DNA from: Podarcis tiliguerta
Lineage: Eukaryota
Length of the DNA: 64,000 nucleotides
Assembly: GCA_965153285.1 (NCBI GenBank)
Contig: OZ229129.1
Direction: 5' to 3' (one strand)
Shown here: piece after piece, positions 49,311 to 61,655 of the stretch
Layout of the letters: each line of letters opens with the position of its first letter
Position numbering within the stretch: the stretch's first letter is position 1
Program-made: the position numbers and the translations under genes
The notes under the pieces: generated by a model
Databases searched by the model: none
The model's input: the letters and a program-made list of their open reading frames with translations, nothing else
What the model was told of the DNA's origin: nothing

Positions 49311-52012
49311 GATGGAGGTAGGTCAATATGATCCCCTGGGTGCTACCCAAACCAGCATCAAAAATCTAGATTTGAGAGGGTGGAAAACCACTGGGTAGAG
49401 GGATGTGTAACATTCTGCCAATGTATGCATTCTTCACAAGCCTACAATTCCCCCCCCCCAAAAAAATACTGTGAAATATATCCTACTGAAATCAATGGGC
49501 CTTACTTCCAAGTAAACATGATTAGGAACAGACTGTTAGTCTATAATCCTGACATTCCACAGCAGTCAACGAGATTTAGGTGCCCATACCCAACTGTTGG
49601 CACAAGAATTAATCTGAACACATTTTTTCTCCTGCTGGTCTGGCTGCTGTCTGGCTCAAAAAGCTTCAGGTTGATAATGTATATATTAAAAGTAAAGAGA
49701 CTGTCACACACATTCAGGCATGCAGCCACAATGAGTTTGTAATTATATCCAGGAAATCCCTCTGAAGGCAGCTGGATGGTGCACTTTTTTTTTTTTTTAA
49801 GGAAAGGAGAAATTGGCCCACTTGAAATTAAATCACTACATTCTGAATATGTCCAAGAAAATATAATACAACGGCCCTGTAAGCCTTCCTCTCATATTAA
49901 ATTTGCTGCTACTGGTGCCAACTGGATCAAACAAAAATTTGGAAAGGTGTACTCTAAAAGTAGCCAAATCCCATTCTCTCTTAATTACGAGGCTTGCATG
50001 TTGGGATGCTGTACTAAATCATTCTCGCCCAGATGTACTATAATTATACTGGTGAATTAGCCTTATGCTGAGTAACATCATGTACCATAGGTAATAATCA
50101 GTCCCCTGAGCTCATCCATTCTACTCATTTGCTCCCTTATGTTCATGAGAAAGGGCTATCTTTGGATTGTTAATTATTATTTTCTTTTTTCTTTTTTTTT
50201 AGGAAACTCCTGGTTCTCTTACAGGAAACACACACACAGTTCTTTTCAGAGCTGAGAAACAGGTAGCCAGGAGCTGTGAACATGGAGCTAGGAGTCACAG
50301 CCAATGAAGATTAGTATTTCTGGGGCAAGTTGCAACCTGAATAGGATACATCGAAACCCTTCTAGCTGAGGATAGCCAATGGTCTGGGTGGAGGAAGTCA
50401 TTCCGTGATGCATCAACCCATTACAAGCAATGACTCACCCCACATGGCACCTGCACAGAGACATTTCCCCATTTCCAACATTCTGTGAAACTTTCCCAAG
50501 ATTACATCACACTCACATATGACCAAGAAATGGAGCTGGGTGTGGAGCTATGCAGACAACAGAACATGAAAAATCAAGCACTATATTTGAGGATAGCATT
50601 GATACTGGCTGTTGTGTCCTAACATCAAGCAAAATTCTACTGGGCGCGGTGGGGCACCAAGATATGCGGGCCAGATTTGTATCACCTTGGAGTATTCCAA
50701 ATGACTAACTTTCTCTGAAGAAGCTGGAGGCTGACTGGCAGCCTGCTTTTCATAACATGAACCGGGCACATTTTTAGAAGGACGGCTGCAGTAGATTTGC
50801 CACACAGACAGGGTGCACCCATTTCTCCCACCTACTCCATTCACTATTGAAAAATGGCAAAGTGGGTGAAATTTGCAGGCCTCCCCCCAGTGGATAAAAC
50901 CTGCTAAATGGCTAGCCTAGAGTTTTGTGGGTATTTGACCTGCAAATTGTAAACATAAGAGAAGTGCCTTTAAGTAAAACAAGAACAACTTTCAAACTGC
51001 AGACAAATAGGACCAGGGCCATATATCCTAGTCACATTTAAATATGTTTTTGGGTGGGAATAACTACAAAGGGATGAACTTCATGGGTTAAATCATTTCC
51101 TCTGATTACAAGCTAGACCTGTAACTTGTGAAATGGTTCCCCATTCTAGTATCTTCCCAAAGCACAGAGACATAAATTTCACTCTTGCAAATCTTTTATT
51201 CTCCTCCCCCCCCCCCCAAAGGGCTGGGATTGGAAAATACTGGTAAATTATTTCCCTATGATTACAAGCTAGACCTGTTAGTCACAAAGGAGTCTCTCCC
51301 CTCACCCCACAATCCTTGCATTTACCTTTAGAGGGAGACTTGATTTTCAAACTTAAATTATCTGAATCTAATGATTCTTACTATTTTTATCTAGTATAGA
51401 GGGGGAAAACCAATTGGTTTCACTCTGAAAAAGTGTAACAAAACTGTAGCACACAGACACACCTCAAACTGGGCAGAATGTGACAGTCCTCAGAGACCAA
51501 CTCCCCCCCCCCCCCCAATCTGCTAAGTCTTTAGGGCTCATTGGCACAAATTCCAATTACTTTATTTTGAATAGAACTGTAAACACACATGAATGATAAA
51601 CAGATATGCTTACCCTATGGAAATATATGGAGCAGCCCACACATGGTATAGTTTTACTGCATGGATGAGAAAAACACCTGTGGCATCTCTGAACTAGGTC
51701 ATTTATATGTGTGTGGGTGCACCCCTAATTTCAAGTCTTTGTGTATGTATTTTATAAAGAAAATATATATTGCTCCTAGCAAAAGAGATATAGACATATA
51801 TTAAAACAGTCTGACATTCATCTTCTAAGGCTTTAGAATATCTCAGGGTTTCTGACACAGCACCTGTCAGAATATAAATATCAAAACTAGTGATCAAAAA
51901 TTGCTTCTTTTTTCAACAGAGCCTTAACAATATATCATAATGGGAGGAACCTATTCCCACACACTTTTATAATCAAGCATCATATTCAGTTCAGGTGCTT
52001 TTTCTGCTACAG

Positions 52013-52600
52013 TGTCAGGAGCTGGAGTCAGGTGTAGGTCAGCAATAAAACACCCGAAACCAGTGAAGTTAATGATTTATTCAAAGAAACAAAACAGCTC
52101 AGTCCTAGTGGTCACAGCAACCTTTCTCAGTAGGCTTTGCCCCAATGAAGCAGTTACGAGGACTGAAGTTCCCTGCCTTCCCACCACTCTCTAAGGCTCT
52201 CTCTCTCCCCCCCCCCCAGGTTCCTTCCCCATCAGCCTAAAGCTCCTTCTTGCTGCTCTGCCACCTTCATTTCTTTGCATGTTCTGGAAGACTGGGGGGA
52301 GGGAGCTGGTCACAGCTGGAGGAGGAGACTCCCTGGATTCTTCAGCAGCCTGCCTCCTCTCTGCCTTTTCGTCCCTCTCTGCTTCTGCCTCTGAATCTGG
52401 ACTGCTCTCTGCCACAGCCTCTTCCTGCTCACTAAACCCTGTTACTGCTTCAGTTTCTGACACCTCCTCCTGCCAGTCTTCTGCATCTTCTCCATCTGAC
52501 ACCCCTGCCCATTGTTGTCCCACCACCAATCTCATGGCTCTGAACCTTCTTCCCCGGGGGATTCCCCAGCTGGTGCCTCTCACCACTCCTCTGCATCCTT
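52013..52600 (-). mobile_element. Solo-LTR-like element
   Basis: Minus strand ends ...ctcctgaca with AATAAA (tttatt at 52076-52081) about 65 nt before the end; GC-rich body with sharp edges; no TSD found. Confidence 0.55.
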
Positions 52601-52605
52601 ACCTT

Positions 52606-52709
52606 ATATCTATCTATCTACATCTACATCTACATCATCTACATCTACATCTACATCTACATCTACATCTACATCTACATCTATCTATAAATATACAGAT
52701 ACAGATACA
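52606..52709. repeat. (TACATC)n compound microsatellite
   Basis: Directly visible. Confidence 0.95.
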
Positions 52710-53578
52710 TTATTCTTTGGAGTTCATATTTAATTAAATAAGAGGCAATGAGTTTCTGACTTGTTACAGCTTTACTAAATATAATGTCCCCGTGATGTTT
52801 TATTTTATTTTTGTTTTAGCAATGAACGACCAACAGAATGCATGATGATAACCTTCCCCTCCATATTCCATGAAGTTCAATGTTTGAAACGATGTCCTCA
52901 AGTGGCCCCAACTAATCACTTGGCTACATTCTCCACTTGAACTTTTATTCTCATGTCCCGCTAGTCTGCATTATTGAAAGAATTTGAACATAACCAAGAA
53001 ATTACAACTCTCACTACTTCAGTTGTCCCCAACTATCATCTGAGTTGTATAAATATTCCATGGAAAAATGATACGATAAATTCACCATGAGAAAACTCAA
53101 GATTCTTCCAAAATTCTCATTCATATTGGTTCCCAAAGTTTGGCATTAATCATTTGTTGACCTTCATGCTGCACTGCAACCAGTATAGGGGATATGGTCT
53201 ATCGTTCCATATTATCTTCCAAATTTTGTCCAGAGCTCTGTGCTAGAGTAGTTTGCAACTACATCAGTTATTTTAGTTTATTGTTGTCTTTTCACCACCA
53301 ACACCACAAACTGACCTTCTGATGTTCCAAGGGCACTGATAAAGCACTGCAAAGAAAGCAACTTTGCTGCAGCTGTTTTTCAAAAGGAGCAAAGATACAG
53401 AGACTAATATGAGCTATAATTGACCACAACCCTTATTAATTTTAGCTTACCAGAGTTTGGGGGGGCCATGGGACAGAAATCCAACCATTAGACTGTCTGC
53501 TGGCCAATACTGCCCCCAGCCCTTATGCTGTGCAACCTTTAGGGAGTTGTCCGATTCTTAGGCCCGCCATGGAATGGC

Positions 53579-53714
53579 AGACCCTCCAAGTGTCCCTATT
53601 TTCCATGGACATCTCTGATTTAGAGAAGTCATCTCGGTTTCTGATTTGATCCCAGAATGCCCCACTTTTCCTTGGGATGTCCCTATTTTCACTAGAGAAT
53701 TTTTTGAGGGTATG
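53579..53714. mobile_element. Short non-autonomous DNA element
   Basis: accctccaa / tttgagggt inverted ends with repeated tgtccctattttc subterminal motifs. Confidence 0.55.
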
Positions 53715-55661
53715 GAATGGCTACTCCTGTGGGCCTTGCAAGCAACCTGGGTGTGTGGTGGCTGATACCAGCCTTTCACACTGGGGCTGAGGACATACTG
53801 TGGCACTCCCAAGAGCCCCCAGTGGGGTTCCTCCAATGAAGTATGGCTTCTGTCCAACACCTGCAGCATCATACCTGGAAGAACTTTGTCAGGGATGCTG
53901 ACAAAGGCAATGGCTTTTCCCCTTGAAGGCTTCCATTTTTCAATAAAGAGGAGGAACCTTTGCATGTGATCTGGCCCTAAAAGCACAAAAGCCTTCAGCT
54001 ACTTCTCAGATTTTTTTCTGAGGAAGTTCCTTACTTGGATCTTTTCTGCCTTGCTCTATCCTGCCATGGGCAGGATAGATTGTAGCAGTCTTTTGACCAG
54101 AATGCTCAAATGAACCCAAATAAATTGAAGATCACAGCAAAATGTGCATGTTCCAATTCAAGAATGAATTTTAGAAATCTTCCTTGTTAAACGAGAATTC
54201 AAGAGGAGTGAATACAAGGCACAGGGAACCCAGGGAACAAAGAGGAATAGCTAGGAGAAAATCCATTCATCCCCACACAAAACACATTAAATGTGAAATT
54301 TAGTTTATCAAACTGAACAAAGGCAAACTTGCCACAAATCTGTCAGCTATGAGCATGCCATCTGGGTTACTGCTGTGGCATTGATCCCAGCACCGTCCTG
54401 CATGTGGAGGTGATGACTTAACTTCAATATTCAGCCTTTGCTTTCAAGAGGAGATAGATTCAGATTTATCCTCAGTTAACAAGAAATCTACCCAATAAGC
54501 CTGTAAAGTCTGCATCAGCCCTTTCAGCCAGCACTGACAATCGTAAATCCATATAGATAATCTCTACTATCAATCAATCAAATGTGAACTAATGTTAGAT
54601 ATGACAGAACTGGATTTTCAGTGAGCCTGTTGGCTTTGAGCAAGATTCAGTGGAGTAACTTAACTGGCATTGATACAATTTTGTCCTGAAGGTCAAGGCT
54701 GGTGGCCAATCTTTGCTATTTGTCCATGTCCTCAGTTGGAAACAGGTAGTAAAGACTGATTGACAGGTAAGAAATCTTACCAAAAGCACCATCATAAGCC
54801 TGTAAACCTTACATCAGCTCTTTTAGCTAGCAATTGTGACCCAGGACCACAGTATCCTAGTCCCACCATTTTTCTAAGCCAGACGGACCAACTGACTCAT
54901 TGGTAACATAGAGGCAGAAGACTTGCCATCCAGCAACAGGAGGCAAAAAAGGCTGAGCTGTCCTCACAGCTTTGTTTCATGCGTCAACACTAGGGATCCA
55001 GGCATAGTCTTCCAAACCACCAAGACTCTGATTCTCCTCATGGCCTACTTTCCTACTCAGCCTATGTGTAAACTGATCCAGAACACTGTGGCCTATTATG
55101 CATTCTGTTAGACCCATTGCCTTCTTGCCTCTGATATTTTATTTGTAATAAAAGTTTCACAACTAGTCGAGTCAATGTGTGATTGCAACCCTCAGAATTC
55201 AGGAATCCTCATATGCCCAGATTACATTGGGATCCATGCTATTGGAAATCCAAGACCATTGTCAGCCTTAGCCAGAAATTTGCCCTATTCTTGGGGAGAA
55301 ACAAGGGACTGGAGAGTTGGCTGATGCTCTGTGTAAACAGCAAGGGATTAGCTGGAGACCTGAAGCACTCTGGTCCACGATCCCAAAATTAAAAAAATTA
55401 TTTGGATATCCCCAGTTTCCCTCCCCCTTGTTTCTAGGTGGCTAAAAGTGGCGTGGGGTGGCAGCAACTATTGTTGGTTTAATTTGTATTTGGTTAAAAG
55501 GAAAAATACATATGACAAAATAAAAAGGAGAATTCCCTGGATGCCTAGAATCAGGTTTCAGGCAACTACTCTTTGGTGAGTGAGCCCCAGCAGAGATGTA
55601 AAATTGCAAAGCATGAAGCAAAGTAAAGCATGGGAATATAGGCTGTTAGACCTTTAAAATA

Positions 55662-55903
55662 CAGTGATACCTCGGGTTACAGACTCTTCAGGTTACAGAC
55701 ACTTCAGGTTACAGACTCCGCTAACCCAGAAATAGTACTTCGGGTTAAGAACTTTGCTTCAGTATGAGAATAGAAATTGTGTGGCGGTGGCACAGTGGCA
55801 GCAGGAGGCCCCATTAACTAAAGTGGTACCTCAGGTTAAGAACAGTTTCAGGTTAAGAAGGGACCTCCGGAACAAATTAAGTTCTTAACCCGAGGTACCA
55901 CTG
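55662..55903. mobile_element. Tc1/mariner-pogo-type MITE (242 bp), same family as 5139
   Basis: TIR cagtgatacctcgggtta / taacccgaggtaccactg; TA flanks; collinear with 5139-5380. Confidence 0.92.
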
Positions 55904-56295
55904 TATATCCTTCTAAGTTGCTTCCAAAGTTTCCCACTTCACACCCCCTCTGAGTGGGTTTCCTAAACACCCCTAGCAAACTAAAGTTCCCAGGATTCTT
56001 TGATAGGGGAGGCCACTGTGTCAGTTGCTACTAGCCACAACACCTCTTCTCTTCTTCCAATGTTGGAGGTAGCAGTGCTTCTTAATATTAGTTGCTGGAA
56101 ACTGCAGAGGGATGAGTGCTGTTGTATGGGTTACTCACAGGCATCTGATTGGCCACTGTGAGAACAGGATGCTTGACTGGGTGGGCTATTGGCCTGATCC
56201 AGGATCTTCTTATGTTCTTATGACTGTGTACAGTGGTATGAGAGTGCTTTTAAATGTATGGTGTGGATGTGAACGAAGGAACTCCCTTACACTAT

Positions 56296-57159
56296 GTTGT
56301 TGTTGTTTAGTCGTTTAGTCGTGTCCGACTCCTCGTGACCCCATGGACCAGAGCACGCCAGGCACTCCTGTCTTCCACTGCCTCCCTCAGTTTGGTCAAA
56401 CTCATGCTGGTAGCTTCGAGAACACTATCCAACCATCTCGTCCTCTGTCGTCCCCTTCTCCTTGTGCCCTCCATCTTTCTCAACATCAGGGTCTTTTCCA
56501 GGGAGTCTTCTCTTCTCATGAGGTGGCCAAAGTATTGGAGCCTCAGCTTCAGGATCTGTCCTTCCAGTGAGCACTCAGGGCTGATTTCTGTCAGAATGGA
56601 AAGGTTTGATCTTCTTGCAGTCCATGGGACTCTCAAGAGTCTCCTCCAGCACCATAATTCAAAAGCATCAATTCTTCGCCGATCAGCCTTCCATACATCA
56701 CTACTGGGAAAACCATAGCTTTTACTATACGGACCTTTGTTGGCAAGGTGATGTCTCTGCTTTTTAAGATGTTGTCTAGGTTTGTCATTGCTTTTCTCCC
56801 AAGAAGCAGGCGTCTTTTAATTTCATGACTGCTGTCACCATCTACAGTGATCATGGAGCGCAAAAAAGTTAAATCTCTCACTGCCTCCATTTCTTCACCT
56901 TATATTTGCCAGGAGGTGATGGGCCCAGTGGCCATGATCTTCGGTTTTTTGATGTTGAGCTTCAGACCAATATTTTGTGCTCTCCTCTTTCACCCTCATT
57001 AAAAGGTTCTTTAATTCCTCCTCACTTTCTGCCATCAATGTTGTATCATCTGCATATCTGAGGTTGTTGATATTTCTTCTGGCAATCTTAATTCTGGCTT
57101 GGGATTCATCCAGCCCAGCCTTTCGCATGATGAATTCTGCATATAAGTTAAATAAGCTA
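56296..57159 (-). mobile_element. BovB (RTE clade) LINE, 5'-truncated, includes part of RT
   Basis: LFNLYAE.IMRKAGL...NINNLRYADDTTLMAESEEELK (YADD at 57045-57056), DSSHEIKRRLLLGRKAM and RVPWTARRSN peptides; (CAA)n tail; candidate 8-bp TSD tacactat at 56288-56295 and 57160-57167. Confidence 0.96.
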
Positions 57160-57445
57160 TACACTATAGTTTCAGATAATCAGCTGTTCCAACCAGCCTC
57201 TGGCAGAAGTTCTGTCTAGCTTAGCTAGCTGATATATTTTAACTCAAGACTGAAATTGAAATTGGCTTTCCCTCACAGATTGAGAAACTCCTGTAAGGAG
57301 TGAGGGAGATTGACCCCTTCCTTAACTGTCTTTGACCAAACAACTTTACCTAGGATGCTTTACTATTATTATTGTGTTAATTTTCTATGCTAAAGGGCCT
57401 TATATTAGAGGGGAAACACCTAGATATGGGGTTACTACTATAAAC

Positions 57446-57520
57446 ATAGAATCGTAGAATTGTAGAGTTGGACCAGGCAACCAGGGGTCATCTAATCCAA
57501 CCCCCTGCAATGCAGAAATT
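57446..57520 (-). mobile_element. CR1-type 3' tail fragment (CR1 or CR1-mobilised SINE)
   Basis: catagaatcgtagaattgtagagttgga...tccaaccccctgcaatgcag. Confidence 0.7.
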
Positions 57521-58345
57521 ACAACTAAAGTATTCATGACAAATGTGTAGAGATCTGATAACAGAATATGTATTGTCACTCCAAGTCAACAACAAATTAT
57601 CTCAAGTATGCACATTAGTTGGGCTAACTGTGAAAACTTTATACAATTGGTCTATAGACCATCAACATATTAAAAAGTGGGATTGTAAACACGTACAGAC
57701 ACACACATATTTTTCTCTGCCTTTAAAGATGAGTTGGTGGCCTTAATTTTAGTTTTCTATTTCACTTCTAGTTTTTAATGTTTGCACGAGTTATCCTCTG
57801 GGGGCCATTTGAGTCAAAGGCTGGGGGTAAAAATATTGAGATAAATAAGTAAACCAACAGGGGAGCTGACACATGTGCAAACCATGCGAACCGTTATTAA
57901 ACTATGGGTCCCACTTTTTTGTTCAACAGTTTCTGGTTCAAGTCCTATAACCCCTGGCAAATGGTGCATAGGTTGTATTGGGAAATATGGATGGGTTTTT
58001 GCTTGTTTGTTTAAATAAAGTCATTGTACTTTGGCCCAGAAAGCAAGTTCTGTGGGATTAAAGGAGAAAGCCTTCCGATGCTTTGTCTACAAAGAGCACT
58101 GTCTAAAAAACTCTGATCTGCTGACATAATAGCATCCTTTGGCTATAACTCATTATATCAAACCCCTTGAACCAGCAGGGTGTAAGCCACTTGACTGAGA
58201 CATTAGGCCAATGATATCACCAGCTGACTCTCCTTGTGGGTATTACAAAAAGAGACAGGACTCACAAGGGACCTGTTAAAGGTACAACCCACTCTATGTA
58301 AGGAGCATATCTAAGACTGTAAAATTGATCTATGATTCACTCATT

Positions 58346-58349
<4 letters not shown>

Positions 58350-58377
<28 letters not shown>
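58350..58377. repeat. (CA)n microsatellite
   Basis: Directly visible. Confidence 0.9.
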
Positions 58378-58461
58378 TGCATGGACACACACTTTTTTCT
58401 TTTTTTAAAGAGCACATTGAGTAATATTTCTGCAAAGGCCAAAATGAACTCCCACAGGAAT

Positions 58462-58716
58462 CAGTGATGGCCACTAACTTTGATGGCTTTAAAAGAGGAT
58501 TAGACAAATACACAGAAGAAGGGGCTATCAGCAGCTACTAGCCATGATTACTATGTTCTACCTCCACAGCATACCTCTGAATACCAGTTACTGGGAAACA
58601 AATGTGGGCAGAGTGCTATAGTGCTCATGTCCTGCTTCCCACAGGAATCTGGTGACACCTGAGAGAATAGGATTGGTCTTTGGCTAGATCCAGCAGGCTC
58701 TTCTTTTGTTGTTATG
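58462..58716 (+). mobile_element. Old CR1-family 3' end (ORF2 terminus plus 3' UTR)
   Basis: VMATNFDGFKRGLDK peptide resembles the CR1 ORF2 end; ends gatccagcaggctcttctt..gtt.ttatg. Related pieces lie at about 56025-56222, 6904-7020 and 36700-36920. Confidence 0.7.
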
Positions 58717-61069
58717 CAAATGTGAACTGTGAATCAAGTCAGTTTGCCTTGTTTCATTCAACAGCACACAATTCATTCACATACCTAATTTACTGCCACA
58801 TGGTGCACCAATAGGGGAAGCACCACAGAGCTTCGTTTCACTGTTCATGAAGCTCAGAAGCATAGCTAGGCTTGCTCACCACTCCCTAAAACCTCAACAA
58901 GAATTACTTTGGATTGAAGAACTTTGAAAGAGACGTGCTGGATCAGACCCAAAGCCCCATCTAGTCCAGAATTCGGTCTTCACCATCGCCACCACATGCC
59001 TATGGGAAGTCAACAAGCAGGGTCAATGTTCAGGCTCTTAGCCCATGTGCATACATAAGTGTATATAGCAATTAAGGGCAACAAAGTCAGTGTGAACAGT
59101 AACATGCTCTGTGACTTTGGGACCTTCTGCATGCAGATACAGCGCTCCACCACTGAGCAATTCCCTTTAGTGGAAAACTTTCTTAATCCAAAGGGAGCAT
59201 AGATAACATCTGGAAATCCACAGCACAGTAAATGGGGAGACCAGAGACAAAAGCAGAAGGAGGCTGCAGAGGAAAAATGTGGTCAGAGCCAGAGGGAATA
59301 AATGGGCAGAACAATGGTTGTGACTCTTACCTCTGTAAAGTAGGCTACATTCCAGCCACACAAGCCAGATACTATAGGGGACACACACACACACACAATC
59401 TTTCCATCCAGGCAAGCAAGATTCATTGTCACAATTCAAGGATACATCCCAGCAAGGTAAAAGCACTCGAGAAAACTACAGATCAACCCATGAAGGTCTA
59501 GGGAGAGTTGGAGAGAGAGACCAGTGAGCTATATTTGGCCCCTAGTCCTGAGGTTCCCCAGCCCTGATCTACAGTGTCAGTGGACCAGAAAGTACCTATT
59601 AAACTCTCAGCTTTGGTAGCTGAAATGCCTTTAACAAGCTTTTTCACTATGCCTGCCATAGTCCGCTGTTACTAATTAGGGCACTGCCATGTTGCAAGGC
59701 TCTGTGGTGTTCACAGCAAAAAGTCAGCTTGGAACTTTTCTTCCCTGGAGCCTCTCTGTCTATTCTTTCAATCATATCTAAATCGAGACGTTCAAGTCTG
59801 AAATCATAGTTGGTGTGATTTATTATTTACCATTGTGACACTGGAAAAAAATGTGCTTGAAAAACGCCCGTGGCAAATTGCAATCGATTTGCACAATATC
59901 ACAAATAAAAAGGTTTAGTGAGTTGCCGTTCCAAGTGAGGCGATGCATATTAACATCTCCAAGATGTTTGCTTCTTTATAACTGTCAACAATTCATTAAT
60001 CACCTCCTTACAAAATGGCAGAAGAAGAAGAATTTGGGGGCTCTAAGAAAGTGCTGATTGCAGGTTCCAACATGCTTCTTACTCAGTGCTAGCTGCTTAC
60101 ATTAGATGTACAGATGGAGCCTAAATTCCACATTCTTTTGTGGCACTACAAACGTGACTGGGAACATGAGGTTTGTGTAGTTCCAGTTCAGTTCATTGTC
60201 TAGAAACCCACACTGTTGACAGATGCTCTGGGGATAGTGGAGAAGTACATGATAGCAAATACACACACACACACACACATATATACAGATACATTTCTTT
60301 CTCGCACCTCCATTCTAAAGAGATGCAGAGTTGTGAGAGAGCATAGCGTCATCTTGTGACACTTCAGCTATTAATAAATAAATAATAAGGTACCTAGGCA
60401 CAGGCCTGGATTTAGTATTTGCATTACAGTTATAATATTGTAGTTCTGTAGTTTTGTAGTTTAGGTTCTGAAGGAGTTAAAACCTTTTCCCGTCTAGTCA
60501 GCACTATTGTACTGAACATTCAGCACCTGTGATTGACAATTGATTATCTCTGAGAGATTGTCTCTTTGATCCTTCCTTTTATCAAGGAGTACTCCCTATG
60601 ACTTGTGACCCACATGGGCATGAGTTATACACCATGTAGTTTATTCAGCAAGATACAGCCTGTAAATATGAGAGCTGGGAACACTGTCAGAGAGAGCCCA
60701 ACATAGAGCAGAAGTTTCTGAGGTGGTGCTGTGCATCAGTGAGACCAGCTATGGAGACCTACTTCTGCTATCATTTGTAAGGGTTCACTGATAGCAGTAG
60801 TAACATAAGACAAATCAGTCTGGAAAGGGTTTTATTCTACTTAAATGCACAGTAGTGTGCCTTGCTTAGTACAATGAGGTTCTGTGCAAGTTTATGGTGT
60901 ATTATTACAACCAATACTTGCTGTGCAACTAATAAAGCTGGTAGTCTTCACCCATTGGTGTGCATATTGTCTCTGAATCCACAAAGAACTGTTGCCCTTG
61001 GCAGAACTGGATGATCACCAACAGTGGCTATCATGAGGATCATGGTGATCAGGTGGGGATATAAAAGTT

Positions 61070-61655
61070 TAGTGGTCCTTGAGGTAACCTGGACCCAAGT
61101 TGTTAAGGGCCTTGTAAATTAATGCAATAGGGATGTGGGTGGTGCTGTGGTCTAAACCACAGAGCCTAGGGCTTGCTGATCAGAAGGTCGGCGGTTCAAA
61201 TTCCCGCAACGGGATGAGCTCCCGTTGCTCGGTCCCTGCTCCTGCCAACCTAGCAGTTCGAAAGCATGTCAAAGTGCAAGTAGATAAATAGGAACTGCTC
61301 CAGCAGGAAGGTAAATGGCGTTTCCGTGCGCTGCTCTGGTTCACCAGAAGCGGCTTTGTCATGCTGGTCACATGACCTGGAAGCTGTACGCCGGCTCCCT
61401 CAGCCTTTAGAGCGAGATGAGCACGCAACCCCTGAGTCGTCCGCGACTGGACCTAAGGGTCAGGGGTCCCTTTACCTTTAAATTAATACAAGAACCCTGA
61501 ACCTTGCCTGGTGGTGTATGGATATTCAGTGCAAGCTTTTGAGCACACAAGCTATGTGGTGGCAAGGGTCTGTCTCCATCAACAGTCTAGCCCCAGCTAC
61601 CCCAGATGGAGCCTGGACCAGGCTTAAGGGTAGCATACAACACATTGCAATAATT
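61070..61655 (-). mobile_element. L2-clade LINE remnant split by a Sauria SINE
   Basis: Reverse complement at 61625-61654 gives YCNVLY; KALNNLGPGYLKD on the other side of the SINE. Confidence 0.6.
61130..61478 (+). mobile_element. Sauria SINE, full length, inserted in an L2 remnant
   Basis: Full head-to-tail match; TSD taaattaat(g/a)caa at 61115-61127 and 61479-61491 (1 mismatch). Confidence 0.94.

Noticed and set aside
52512-52737. HLHLHL and STSTST peptides
   Set aside because: Translation of the (TACATC)n microsatellite.
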